The notes under the pieces are model-generated. The model ran no database searches and had not been told where the DNA came from. It saw only the letters and a program-made list of their open reading frames with translations. Shown here one piece after another: positions 9,084-18,093 of a stretch of 64,000 nt of DNA. Source of the DNA: a virus; the IMG/VR virus record IMGVR_UViG_3300021197_001743, positions 32,001-96,000 of that record; one strand, given 5' to 3'. Each line of letters begins with the position of its first letter. Within the stretch, counting starts at the first letter, position 1. The translations under genes were made by a program, and so were the position numbers.

Positions 9084-12000
9084 ATGACTACTTTTGCACA
9101 CATATCTGACACACACATCCGGAATCTTAAATATCATGAAGAATATCGGATTGTATTTAAGCAAATCTACGACAAATTACAGCAAGACTGTCCGGACTAT
9201 ATTATCCATACTGGTGATATGGCTCACACAAAGACACAGTTGTCACCAGAATATTTCGAATTAACATCAGATTTTTTAAAGAACTTAGCTGACATCGCTC
9301 CAACTTATATTATTCTTGGAAACCATGATGGTAACCTTAAGAACGAAAACCGACAAGATGCTATTACGCCAATCATAGACGCGCTTCAGCATCCAAACTT
9401 ACACCTTTTAAAAGACTCAGGTGAGACCCAGTTGACAGACTCGATCTGCCTTAATGTCCTCTCTGTGTTTGATCGAGACAACTGGGTGCCTCCCTCTGAT
9501 AAATCCATGGTAAACATTGCGCTTTACCATGGTGCTATCATGGGGTGCCAAGTTTCTGATGGTTGGGCCCTTGAGAATGGCGAAGATGACGTTAATGTGT
9601 TTAAAGATTTTGATTTTGCTATGCTCGGCGACATACATAAGACACAACACCTAGACGAAGAAAAACGGGTTTGGTATGCTGGCTCAACCGTCCAACAGAA
9701 TTTTGGAGAGTCGTTGGGAAAAGGATATCTTCTTTGGAACATTCGAGATAAAGATAGTTTTACTGTTGAGAAGAGATTTTTTATGTCTCCTCGTCCGTTT
9801 GTAACTGTTGAAATTAATCAAGACGGAACTCTGCCAAAAGTAGATGTCCCTAGGAACGCTCGATTAAGATTGGTCTCAAACTACAACCTTCCTTTGGTTA
9901 AATTAAGGAGAGCCTGCGAGTACGCTAAAATAACTTGGAAGCCGTATACGGTGAACTTTATTAACAAAGCCGGCTATTCTTCAAAGACTGTTGTGGAAAA
10001 CAACGGTGAGCGCATTAATATGCGGGACCAAAATACCCAAGAGAAATATATTAAAGCATTCCTCTCAGACAAAGAAATATCCGACGAAGTACTGGACAGA
10101 GTCTTAGAACTAAACCGTAAATATTCTAAGCAAATTGAAGGTTCCGAAGATGTATCAAGAAATATTGTTTGGAAATTACGTAAAATGAAGTGGAACAACC
10201 TATTTAACTACGGCGAAAAAAATGAAATTGATTTTGACAAGCTCAATGGGCTGGTCGGGATCTTCGGTAAGAATTACTCCGGAAAATCTAGCATTATAGA
10301 TGCTGCACTTTTTGGATTATTCAATGTAACGTCGAAAGGGGAAAGAAAAAATGTCCATATTATTAATCAAAATAAGCAAAAATCTAAGTGTCAACTCGAG
10401 ATTGGAGTCGGTGATGATACCTACACAATTACAAGAAATCTTGAACGATATGAAAAAAACCTCAAAGGAGTAAAAACCAAAGAGGCAAGAACTGAATTGG
10501 ACTTTTCGTATTATAGTCTTGGTGAGCATTTTGAGAGCAAAAACGGCACAACAAGAACCAGTACAGACAAGAATATTCAGAAAACATTTGGGACCTTTAG
10601 TGACTTCATGATCACCTCAATGGCTTCCCAAACAGATGCCTTTGGGTTTATCAATGAAGGATCAACAAAGCGCAAAGAGATACTCGCTAAGTTTCTTGAT
10701 TTAAAAATGTTTGAAGCAAAACACAAGCTGGCTAAGAAAGATTCATCTGAGATTAAAGGGGTGATTAAACACTTGACTTCACTAGATTGGAGAAAGAAAC
10801 TTCAATGGTCTCGTGAAGCATTGATAGAAATCAAAGAAGAAGTAGCTGGTCAAACAAGGTTGTGCGATAAGCACTCTACTAGAGTTAAGGTTCTAGAAGA
10901 AGAAAGAAAAATAATTCAAAATCAATTGGATTCCGTTGGAACTGATTGGGTTGACATTGATGAATTGAATACTAGCCTTTTAAGGAAGCAAAACAGCCTC
11001 TCCTTGGCTTCAGAGTCGTTAATCAATGGTGCGCGCAAGCTAAAGAAACTAAACGCCTTAAAGATACGTTTACGGTCTTTTATTGAGAACTTTGATGTTG
11101 CAAATTGCAAAGATCAAATTGAAAAACATAAGGGTCTCTTGAAAGACGTTTCAATTATAGAAAGACATATTCGTTCAACCAAGATGGAAATAACCAACTA
11201 TCAAAACAAAATTGATTTACTTCATGACCATGAGTATGATCCTGACTGCGAATATTGCTCCAATAATCAGTTCGTCAAAGAGGCAGAGGAAGCAAAAACT
11301 TTAATTGAACAATCTAAAGAAGCTCTAAAAGGTTTCGAGCATGATTTGGGACTGGCTAACGAGAAGAAAGAAGCAATAAATATTGTTTATATCCAAGCAA
11401 AATTGGATGACTACAACGTAAAGTTCAGAGAGGTAAAAACGAATGAAGTCCAAATACAAAAGATCAAAGCGCAAACTGACGCAAACGAGAGTAAGAAGGC
11501 TCTTGCGGCAAAAGAAATCGAAGAGATTAATGCAAAAATTGTTCACTATCGTGAGAACCAAGAAGCGTATGAAAACCTCGAGTCGCTCCAGCGAGACCTA
11601 AAAGCAATCAATACCACTATCGAAAAGAAAACAAAAGATATAGAGCACTGCAACAGAAAGGTCCTAAGTCTTATGTCAGAAGAGGGCGCAACCCGGAGAC
11701 AAATAGAAGAAGCTCGAGAAAAGATCCAACAGATTGATGATGCAGAAAAAGACTTTATTGCTTATGATTTATTCGGACAAGCTATGCATCCTAATGGAGT
11801 ATCTTATCAGGTGATCAAATCAATGCTCCCCATTATTAATGCAGAAATCTCTACGATCCTTAATACTCTTGTTAACTTTGAAGTTTTCTTTGACAATGTT
11901 GGAGACAAACTAGAAATTTACATTAAGCACCCCAAGTATGATCCTCGGCCATTATCGATGGGATCAGGAGCCGAGAAGACAATTGCATCTATGGCTATTC

Positions 12001-12233
12001 GACTAGCACTAATATCTGTGACTAATTTACCGAAAAGCGAACTATTTATACTTGACGAACCAGCAACAGCATTGGACGAAGAGCATATGGAAGGCTTTAT
12101 ACGGCTTCTTCAAATGATCAAAGGACAATTCAAGACGGTTCTATTGATTTCCCATCTCGAATCTCTCAAAGATATTGTCGACATGACAATTGACATTCAG
12201 AAAGTAGATGGCTATGCAAAGGTAAAAATATAA
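9084..12233 (+). CDS. fused SbcD/Mre11 nuclease - SbcC/Rad50 ATPase (gp47-gp46-like)
   Basis: Metallophosphoesterase motifs DTH, GD, GNHD, GDIH; Walker A GKNYSGKS; coiled coil with CEYC zinc hook; signature SGAE; Walker B ILDEP; H-loop ISH. Confidence 0.9.
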   Translation: MTTFAHISDTHIRNLKYHEEYRIVFKQIYDKLQQDCPDYIIHTGDMAHTKTQLSPEYFELTSDFLKNLADIAPTYIILGNHDGNLKNENRQDAITPIIDALQHPNLHLLKDSGETQLTDSICLNVLSVFDRDNWVPPSDKSMVNIALYHGAIMGCQVSDGWALENGEDDVNVFKDFDFAMLGDIHKTQHLDEEKRVWYAGSTVQQNFGESLGKGYLLWNIRDKDSFTVEKRFFMSPRPFVTVEINQDGTLPKVDVPRNARLRLVSNYNLPLVKLRRACEYAKITWKPYTVNFINKAGYSSKTVVENNGERINMRDQNTQEKYIKAFLSDKEISDEVLDRVLELNRKYSKQIEGSEDVSRNIVWKLRKMKWNNLFNYGEKNEIDFDKLNGLVGIFGKNYSGKSSIIDAALFGLFNVTSKGERKNVHIINQNKQKSKCQLEIGVGDDTYTITRNLERYEKNLKGVKTKEARTELDFSYYSLGEHFESKNGTTRTSTDKNIQKTFGTFSDFMITSMASQTDAFGFINEGSTKRKEILAKFLDLKMFEAKHKLAKKDSSEIKGVIKHLTSLDWRKKLQWSREALIEIKEEVAGQTRLCDKHSTRVKVLEEERKIIQNQLDSVGTDWVDIDELNTSLLRKQNSLSLASESLINGARKLKKLNALKIRLRSFIENFDVANCKDQIEKHKGLLKDVSIIERHIRSTKMEITNYQNKIDLLHDHEYDPDCEYCSNNQFVKEAEEAKTLIEQSKEALKGFEHDLGLANEKKEAINIVYIQAKLDDYNVKFREVKTNEVQIQKIKAQTDANESKKALAAKEIEEINAKIVHYRENQEAYENLESLQRDLKAINTTIEKKTKDIEHCNRKVLSLMSEEGATRRQIEEAREKIQQIDDAEKDFIAYDLFGQAMHPNGVSYQVIKSMLPIINAEISTILNTLVNFEVFFDNVGDKLEIYIKHPKYDPRPLSMGSGAEKTIASMAIRLALISVTNLPKSELFILDEPATALDEEHMEGFIRLLQMIKGQFKTVLLISHLESLKDIVDMTIDIQKVDGYAKVKI

Positions 12234-12562
12234 TGAAAATTACAAAAGAACAATTGAAACAAATTATCAAGGAAGAACTGGAGTCTGTGTTGGAAGGAAC
12301 TTACGATCATACAGATGGCCCAATGGAAAAAATGGTGATAAACATTAACAACGCTATTGTTAATGCTCGTGCACCCGGTAATATAGCAGCAGACCGGAAG
12401 CAAGAAGCCGGCATGCATTTAAAAAAACTATTAGATCAAGGAATGGACATTCAGCAAATTAAACAACAAGCATATGAAATGATGCAAGCGAGAGGCTGGA
12501 AAGGAAATAAACTTGACGCTGGTTTTGAAATCCTTAGAGAACTTGGAGATCAGATACAATGA
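12233..12562 (+). CDS. hypothetical protein with conserved N-terminal leader
   Basis: 109 aa; MKITKEQLKQIIKEELESVLEG. Confidence 0.7.
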   Translation: MKITKEQLKQIIKEELESVLEGTYDHTDGPMEKMVININNAIVNARAPGNIAADRKQEAGMHLKKLLDQGMDIQQIKQQAYEMMQARGWKGNKLDAGFEILRELGDQIQ

Positions 12563-12798
12563 ATGAAGAAAAGAAAGTAATGATTCAAAATGAATTATAC
12601 ATTAAGAATAAAGATAAAGGAATTCTAGATTCCATACAAGAAAAAGTTGCAAGTCGAAAGTTGCTCGTGTTTCTCACGGCAACCGGCTTGATGCTATGGG
12701 CACAACTGGACCCAGACATTTGGGGAATGATTGCAGTTTGCTACATTGGTGGTCAATCTGTTATTGATTTCGCAAAATCGTGGAAGCACGGAGGATAA
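12559..12798 (+). CDS. small two-TM membrane protein (holin-like)
   Basis: 79 aa; SRKLLVFLTATGLMLW and WGMIAVCYIGGQSVID hydrophobic helices. Confidence 0.5.
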   Translation: MNEEKKVMIQNELYIKNKDKGILDSIQEKVASRKLLVFLTATGLMLWAQLDPDIWGMIAVCYIGGQSVIDFAKSWKHGG

Positions 12799-12802
12799 AG
12801 GA

Positions 12803-13171
12803 ATGAAAATAACCAAACAACAACTAAAACAAATTATCAAGGAAGAACTGGAATCTGTTTTCGAGACCTTTGGATCTAAAGCGGATACGCCGGAAACAAT
12901 CGCCCTGAGGCAGAAGGAAAGAGAGGAAGATGCTCTCACTGCTGATCGTGATGACGTTGACGAATATGTCCTTTGGGAACTAGATAAGCTTGAAGAAGAA
13001 GCCTTACTTCACTACGAGAAAAACCGCAGTGAGGAAGAAACAAAAGCATTAATGATGCCTCGAATCGAGGCTGAACTGGATCAAGATGATCACCCTGACA
13101 AGGCGGAAGAAGTTTGGGATTTTATTTGGAATAATATAGAGATTCAATTCAATCTAAAGAGTCAATTCTAA
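12803..13171 (+). CDS. hypothetical acidic protein with conserved N-terminal leader
   Basis: ATG at 12803 gives MKITKQQLKQIIKEELESVFE; the ORF track start at 12731 is an upstream extension. Confidence 0.7.
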   Translation: MKITKQQLKQIIKEELESVFETFGSKADTPETIALRQKEREEDALTADRDDVDEYVLWELDKLEEEALLHYEKNRSEEETKALMMPRIEAELDQDDHPDKAEEVWDFIWNNIEIQFNLKSQF

Positions 13172-13572
13172 TGAAAATCGCTTGGGCTAAAATAAAACTA
13201 TGGTGCTTTCATAACTGGAGAATTCTGGTTATTGTGGGCGCCATAGTTTTGGCTTATGCTCTCGGAGGCAAGAAAGTCAAAGCACTCCAAACTCAATTAC
13301 AAATGGCTCGAGAGCTTTATAAGAAAGAAGCCGATGCGATTGAAGGTGCCTCCCAAAAGAAAACAGAAATGCAAACCGAAGCCAACATTAAATACAAACG
13401 CGCTTTAGAGATTGCAAACGAAACAGCAACAAAAGAAAATACTCGTGCTGCATTTGGTAAATCTAAAAGAGTAAAAGAATTAATAGAGATTAACAAAGAC
13501 AACCCTGAAGCAATTGATAAGATTTTATCTGAAGAGTTTGGGATTATTATAATGACACCCGGAGACAAGTAA
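13171..13572 (+). CDS. N-terminally membrane-anchored coiled-coil protein (i-spanin-like)
   Basis: TM ILVIVGAIVLAYALGG followed by a helical coiled-coil region. Confidence 0.45.
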   Translation: MKIAWAKIKLWCFHNWRILVIVGAIVLAYALGGKKVKALQTQLQMARELYKKEADAIEGASQKKTEMQTEANIKYKRALEIANETATKENTRAAFGKSKRVKELIEINKDNPEAIDKILSEEFGIIIMTPGDK

Positions 13573-13964
13573 TGAAACTCACAGAGAAAAAACTTAAGCA
13601 GATGATTGAAGAAGCAATGAACCAACCTTGCGAGGATATTGATCCGAACATAAAAAGTTTAATCCTATCCGGAGAAAAAGAGCAAATTATCCAAGGGTTC
13701 GAATTGTACTCAATGGTTACCGACTTGGACATTGATCTGGATGTACATGGCGGGACACCCAATGGTGAAATTCCTGATCCTCGCGTGCACATTAGTGTCG
13801 AAGGACCTGATTGGCAGAAGTTTATGGAATGTTTTCGTATTGATAAATTAATTAGCGAAAGATCAAGACTCTTGTTTATCAAAGTAGAAAAAATGAAAAT
13901 GGCATTTGTCCCTACGGGAATGAGATATAATGTTTTCAAGAAGCACTTTGCTGGGTCGGAATGA
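13572..13964 (+). CDS. hypothetical protein with conserved N-terminal leader
   Basis: 130 aa; MKLTEKKLKQMIEEAM. Confidence 0.65.
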   Translation: MKLTEKKLKQMIEEAMNQPCEDIDPNIKSLILSGEKEQIIQGFELYSMVTDLDIDLDVHGGTPNGEIPDPRVHISVEGPDWQKFMECFRIDKLISERSRLLFIKVEKMKMAFVPTGMRYNVFKKHFAGSE

Positions 13965-14371
13965 TACTATTATTGCTCTCTACAGCGTTTGCAGAGCCAA
14001 TGCTCATTCACCTCAAAGAAGGCGACGTAGCACCCTTTAACGGCCGTCTAATGAACGATGAGGCAGTAGCCAACATTATTGCTGGTCGAGAGATGTCAAT
14101 GGAACAGTGTGAGATCCAAAAAGAGCTTGCAATTTCATTAACAAAAGCGGAACTACAATTAGAAATAGACTATTTAAAAGCAGAGTTGGAAACAGAAACA
14201 GAAAAGAACGCAACTCTATTGGAACTTCGAGATCAAGAGATTTCATCGCTCCGAAAAGAAATAAAACCAAATAAAACCATGTGGGCTTTCTTCGGAGGCT
14301 TTTTGCTTGCGACAGGGACATCACTGGGAACATACTACGCCGTGAGGGAAATCGATGCGAATAACCAGTGA
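13961..14371 (+). CDS. secreted coiled-coil protein with C-terminal membrane segment (possible spanin partner)
   Basis: MILLLLSTAFA|EP signal peptide, coiled coil, C-terminal WAFFGGFLLATGTSLGTYYAV. Confidence 0.5.
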   Translation: MILLLLSTAFAEPMLIHLKEGDVAPFNGRLMNDEAVANIIAGREMSMEQCEIQKELAISLTKAELQLEIDYLKAELETETEKNATLLELRDQEISSLRKEIKPNKTMWAFFGGFLLATGTSLGTYYAVREIDANNQ

Positions 14372-14377
14372 GGTATC

Positions 14378-14755
14378 ATGAAAGACAAAGACCCAAACTA
14401 CGCCGTTAAAGTAGAACAGGCAATTGCGAAGAAATACGGAAAAGAAACAGTTGTAAATCCCAAATCTCAATGGGATAATGAGAAAGAGAAAGAATATCTC
14501 GAGCAACTTAAAGAAACTTACTCCCCGGATGCAGACACAGAAGATCTAGACAAAGAAGAGATCTATGGCGTTTTTATCCCCTCAAAACTACTTAAAGAAG
14601 AATCTAAGCGTTCTTGTCCTGTTTGTAGCACTTATTCATTTAAATCAAATGATGATGTCTACATGACCAAATTTGATTGTTGCAATAAATGCTATATACA
14701 ATGGGTTGAGGATCGTGAGGAACGTTGGATCAATGGTTGGAGGCCAAATAAATGA
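14378..14755 (+). CDS. hypothetical protein with C-terminal Cys cluster
   Basis: 125 aa; CPVC...CCNKC; GAGGT SD. Confidence 0.6.
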   Translation: MKDKDPNYAVKVEQAIAKKYGKETVVNPKSQWDNEKEKEYLEQLKETYSPDADTEDLDKEEIYGVFIPSKLLKEESKRSCPVCSTYSFKSNDDVYMTKFDCCNKCYIQWVEDREERWINGWRPNK

Positions 14756-15309
14756 GTGCAAAAACATTAGAAATTATTCAAGGGTTAGCCCAAGCTGCGG
14801 CGAATGCATACGATGGAGCTCACGATGAGCGATATAGTCTAGACGGACAGACGCACAATGTAGGACTTAACCGTGAAAATGGTCATCCAATACTAGACAA
14901 GAGAGTGAACGATGGCTTTGGTGTAAAGTTTTATGCTGACTCTGTTTGCATTACTTACCAAAGCGATGTCCGACTTGGAGATGTTAAAGATAGCAAGTTC
15001 GAGCAGGAAATGGAACGGATGCTTAATGAAGTTAAAAAATTCCTACAGAGGGAATACAAATCCATAACAGGCAATGGCATTACTCTTAAAAAGAAAGGCG
15101 AGCCAAAGATCATTGTACAAAGCACTTCGCGAGTTAGAACTTTTGTACAAGCATATCAGCACTATACAATTTCAGGCATTAAAGATATGGATGCTTTGTT
15201 AGAACCCAGCCGCTCTTCTGAAAACGATGTTATCAAGAAATTCTTGGAGCAACATTCAACCAAGAGACCACAAAACGAAAAAATTAAAAAAGGTGCAAAT
15301 CAAAAATGA
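14752..15309 (+). CDS. hypothetical protein
   Basis: 185 aa ORF overlapping both neighbours by 4 nt. Confidence 0.65.
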   Translation: MSAKTLEIIQGLAQAAANAYDGAHDERYSLDGQTHNVGLNRENGHPILDKRVNDGFGVKFYADSVCITYQSDVRLGDVKDSKFEQEMERMLNEVKKFLQREYKSITGNGITLKKKGEPKIIVQSTSRVRTFVQAYQHYTISGIKDMDALLEPSRSSENDVIKKFLEQHSTKRPQNEKIKKGANQK

Positions 15310-15830
15310 ATCTTACAAGCGAAGAACTAAAGCAAATTATTCGAGAAGAATTACGTGCCATTCTGAGTGAGAACCGCGGTCAATTAGCTACTAGTGTTAT
15401 TGATACTGTTCGGAGATACATTCCTCAGAAGAACAGGTTTGAAAAACGAAAGTTCGACAAGCTTTTTTGGCAAGAGGGCCCTTTTATTATAACATACAGG
15501 AGAGACCCTGTAATGCTGCACGTTCCAGCAGTTTCGGCAACCGCAGCAGGGACGTCAACTGGCTTGGACTCTGTTTTCTATTACTCCAAGGACGCATTAG
15601 AGGGTCTTATGACACGTGATGGAAAGGATGAAGGCGACACATTATACTTTGGAGAAGTGCTAGGTAAGGCTACTCGTGGAATGGGTGATCTTGTGGAACT
15701 ACCGCAAAGCGAGTTCTTAAATAAAATTGAAGAGCTTGGCGGCGAACCTTTTAATCTAAACCCAAAATCCCTGAAAAAAGTGTTGGGATCACAACATAAA
15801 TTATTCGAGAAAAAAGGAACAAAAAAATGA
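15306..15830 (+). CDS. hypothetical protein with conserved N-terminal leader
   Basis: MNLTSEELKQIIREELRAILSE. Confidence 0.7.
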   Translation: MNLTSEELKQIIREELRAILSENRGQLATSVIDTVRRYIPQKNRFEKRKFDKLFWQEGPFIITYRRDPVMLHVPAVSATAAGTSTGLDSVFYYSKDALEGLMTRDGKDEGDTLYFGEVLGKATRGMGDLVELPQSEFLNKIEELGGEPFNLNPKSLKKVLGSQHKLFEKKGTKK

Positions 15831-16198
15831 AAATTACAAATCAACAACTAAAACAAATAATCCGAGAAGAACTGCGAAACGTTCTTGGAGGGCTTATCCT
15901 CGAGGGATTCGAAAAGGGCTCTTGGGCAATGGGCGTTGCTGGAAAAGAGGTGCCCGGCAAAGTTGAAATGCGCCAAAAATTAATTCTCCAAAGCCTTGGA
16001 GACAAAGCCAGAATCTGGAAACTTAGAGAGACCCCAGAAGGAGATGACCTTTTCGCTACCCTCGAACCGGGTAAATTTGTCAATACGAATCTCGACACGG
16101 TCAAGCCGTGGATCAATTCTCAAAACGCTGTCGGTGGTACCGGATCAGCGTTTTATCTTTCTCCTGAAGAACTCACGGCTATTGGGATTTCGATATGA
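15827..16198 (+). CDS. hypothetical protein with conserved N-terminal leader
   Basis: MKITNQQLKQIIREELRNVL. Confidence 0.7.
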   Translation: MKITNQQLKQIIREELRNVLGGLILEGFEKGSWAMGVAGKEVPGKVEMRQKLILQSLGDKARIWKLRETPEGDDLFATLEPGKFVNTNLDTVKPWINSQNAVGGTGSAFYLSPEELTAIGISI

Positions 16199-16494
16199 AA
16201 CTTACAAATCAACAACTAAAACAAATAATCCGAGAAGAACTGCAAAATGTTCTTAGTGAAGGATCGATGAGCGATGCCAAAAAATCAATCGAGCAAGAAG
16301 TGGACGCCAGCAGTCACTGGCGGCGTAATAAATATCTGAAAGGATTTATGAGTCTGAAATATGTCTCCGGAAATCCTCCTGAAGATTATGTTTCATGGGT
16401 TCGAAACGCCGAGCAGGCCATGGAAGAAGGCTCTAATGAAGCATCGGAAGCATATTACCTTGTTAAGAAGCATATGAAAAAGGTGGGCGCCTAA
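16195..16494 (+). CDS. hypothetical protein with conserved N-terminal leader
   Basis: MKLTNQQLKQIIREELQNVLSEG. Confidence 0.7.
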   Translation: MKLTNQQLKQIIREELQNVLSEGSMSDAKKSIEQEVDASSHWRRNKYLKGFMSLKYVSGNPPEDYVSWVRNAEQAMEEGSNEASEAYYLVKKHMKKVGA

Positions 16495-16506
16495 CAAAGA
16501 GGTCAA

Positions 16507-18090
16507 ATGGCTTTTAAACTGTCAAAACAAGAGATTGTAAAAGAGATTGTGAAATGCGGAAAGGATCCACAATTCTTCATTGATAACTATTGCATGATCT
16601 CACATCCACTTAGAGGATTAATTCCTTTCAAGACCTTCGATTATCAAAAAGACCTACTCAAGGACTTTAACGATTATCGATTTAATATTATATTAAAAGC
16701 CAGACAACTTGGTATCTCCACGATCTCCGCGGGATACATTGTCTGGTTTATGCTTTTTCATCGAGATAAGAACATTCTTGTCATCGCCACCAAATTTGGT
16801 ACAGCAGCGAACCTCGTGAAAAAAGTAAAGCAAATAATGAAAAATCTTCCTTCTTGGATTCAAATTTCAAAAATCATCACAGATAACAAGACCTCATTCG
16901 AATTATCAAACGGCTCCCAGATTAAAGCCGGAACCACTTCTGGGGACGCTGGTCGTTCGGAAGCATTATCACTGCTCGTTATAGACGAGGCAGCACACGT
17001 AGAAGGCCTTGATGACTTGTGGACAGGTCTTTACCCTACTCTATCAACAGGAGGGCGTTGCATAGCCTTATCGACCCCTAATGGGGTAGGTAATTGGTTC
17101 CACAAGACTTACGTTGATGCTGACAATGAAGAGAACGATTTTCATCCAATTAATTTACCATGGGATGTTCACCCCGAGCGTGACCAAGCATGGTTTCAAA
17201 AAGAGACAAAAAATATGTCTCGTAGACAAATCGCCCAAGAATTAGAATGCAATTTCAATACATCTGGTGATACGGTAATTCATCCGGATGATATGCAATG
17301 GTTGTTTGAAAACATCAAGGATCCGATATATAGAACAGGATACGATAGAAACTTTTGGATATGGGAAAAATATCAGGAAGGAGCTTCATATGTTCTGGTT
17401 GCGGATGTTGCTCGTGGCGACGGTGCGGACTATTCTGTGTTTCATATTATTCGTTTAGATACAATGGAAATAATTGCCGAATATCAAGGTAAGCCAAGTC
17501 TAGACTTGTATTCCAACATATTGAACGAAGCAGGAAGGGAATATGGAAGCTGCTTGTTGGTTGTTGAGAATAATGGAATCGGAATTTCGGTTCTCGAGAA
17601 ACTAAACACGCTAGAGTATCCAAACATTTATTATTCTATCAAATCAACGCACGAGTTTATTGACTCATCTATCGCCGAAGGTAATGACCGAGCAGTTATG
17701 GGTTTTACTACAAGTACTAAAACTAGGCCTTTAATTGTTGCTAAATTGGAAGAGTACATCAGGAACAAACTAATTAGTGTGAACTCTAATAGGATTTTTC
17801 ATGAATTCAAAACTTTTATTTGGTATAATGGCAAACCCCAAGCAATGCGCTCTTACAATGACGATCTCGTCATGTCTTTGGCTATTGCTTGCTGGGTCCG
17901 CGATACAGCGCTACAAGAGAATCAACGGGAAGTTGAATACAAGAAGGCGATGCTAACTGGCATTATGAAATCTACACAAGTTTTTGAAACAAGAATCAAA
18001 GGACAGGATGGCTATAACGAAACCTTCGAGAAGAAATACGAAGAAGAAATAAAAAAAGCAAAAGATTTTTTTTGGATTTATAAAGGATAA
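16507..18090 (+). CDS. terL: terminase large subunit (gp17-like)
   Basis: KARQLGIST Walker A, LLVIDEAAH Walker B, STPNG coupling motif, nuclease DVARG...DDLVMS. Confidence 0.95.
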   Translation: MAFKLSKQEIVKEIVKCGKDPQFFIDNYCMISHPLRGLIPFKTFDYQKDLLKDFNDYRFNIILKARQLGISTISAGYIVWFMLFHRDKNILVIATKFGTAANLVKKVKQIMKNLPSWIQISKIITDNKTSFELSNGSQIKAGTTSGDAGRSEALSLLVIDEAAHVEGLDDLWTGLYPTLSTGGRCIALSTPNGVGNWFHKTYVDADNEENDFHPINLPWDVHPERDQAWFQKETKNMSRRQIAQELECNFNTSGDTVIHPDDMQWLFENIKDPIYRTGYDRNFWIWEKYQEGASYVLVADVARGDGADYSVFHIIRLDTMEIIAEYQGKPSLDLYSNILNEAGREYGSCLLVVENNGIGISVLEKLNTLEYPNIYYSIKSTHEFIDSSIAEGNDRAVMGFTTSTKTRPLIVAKLEEYIRNKLISVNSNRIFHEFKTFIWYNGKPQAMRSYNDDLVMSLAIACWVRDTALQENQREVEYKKAMLTGIMKSTQVFETRIKGQDGYNETFEKKYEEEIKKAKDFFWIYKG

Positions 18091-18093
18091 AAA

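Noticed and set aside
12731-12802. Upstream extension of the ORF in the track (MQFATLVVN...)
   Set aside because: Overlaps the holin-like gene; the ATG at 12803 gives the conserved leader and has a purine-rich SD-like sequence upstream
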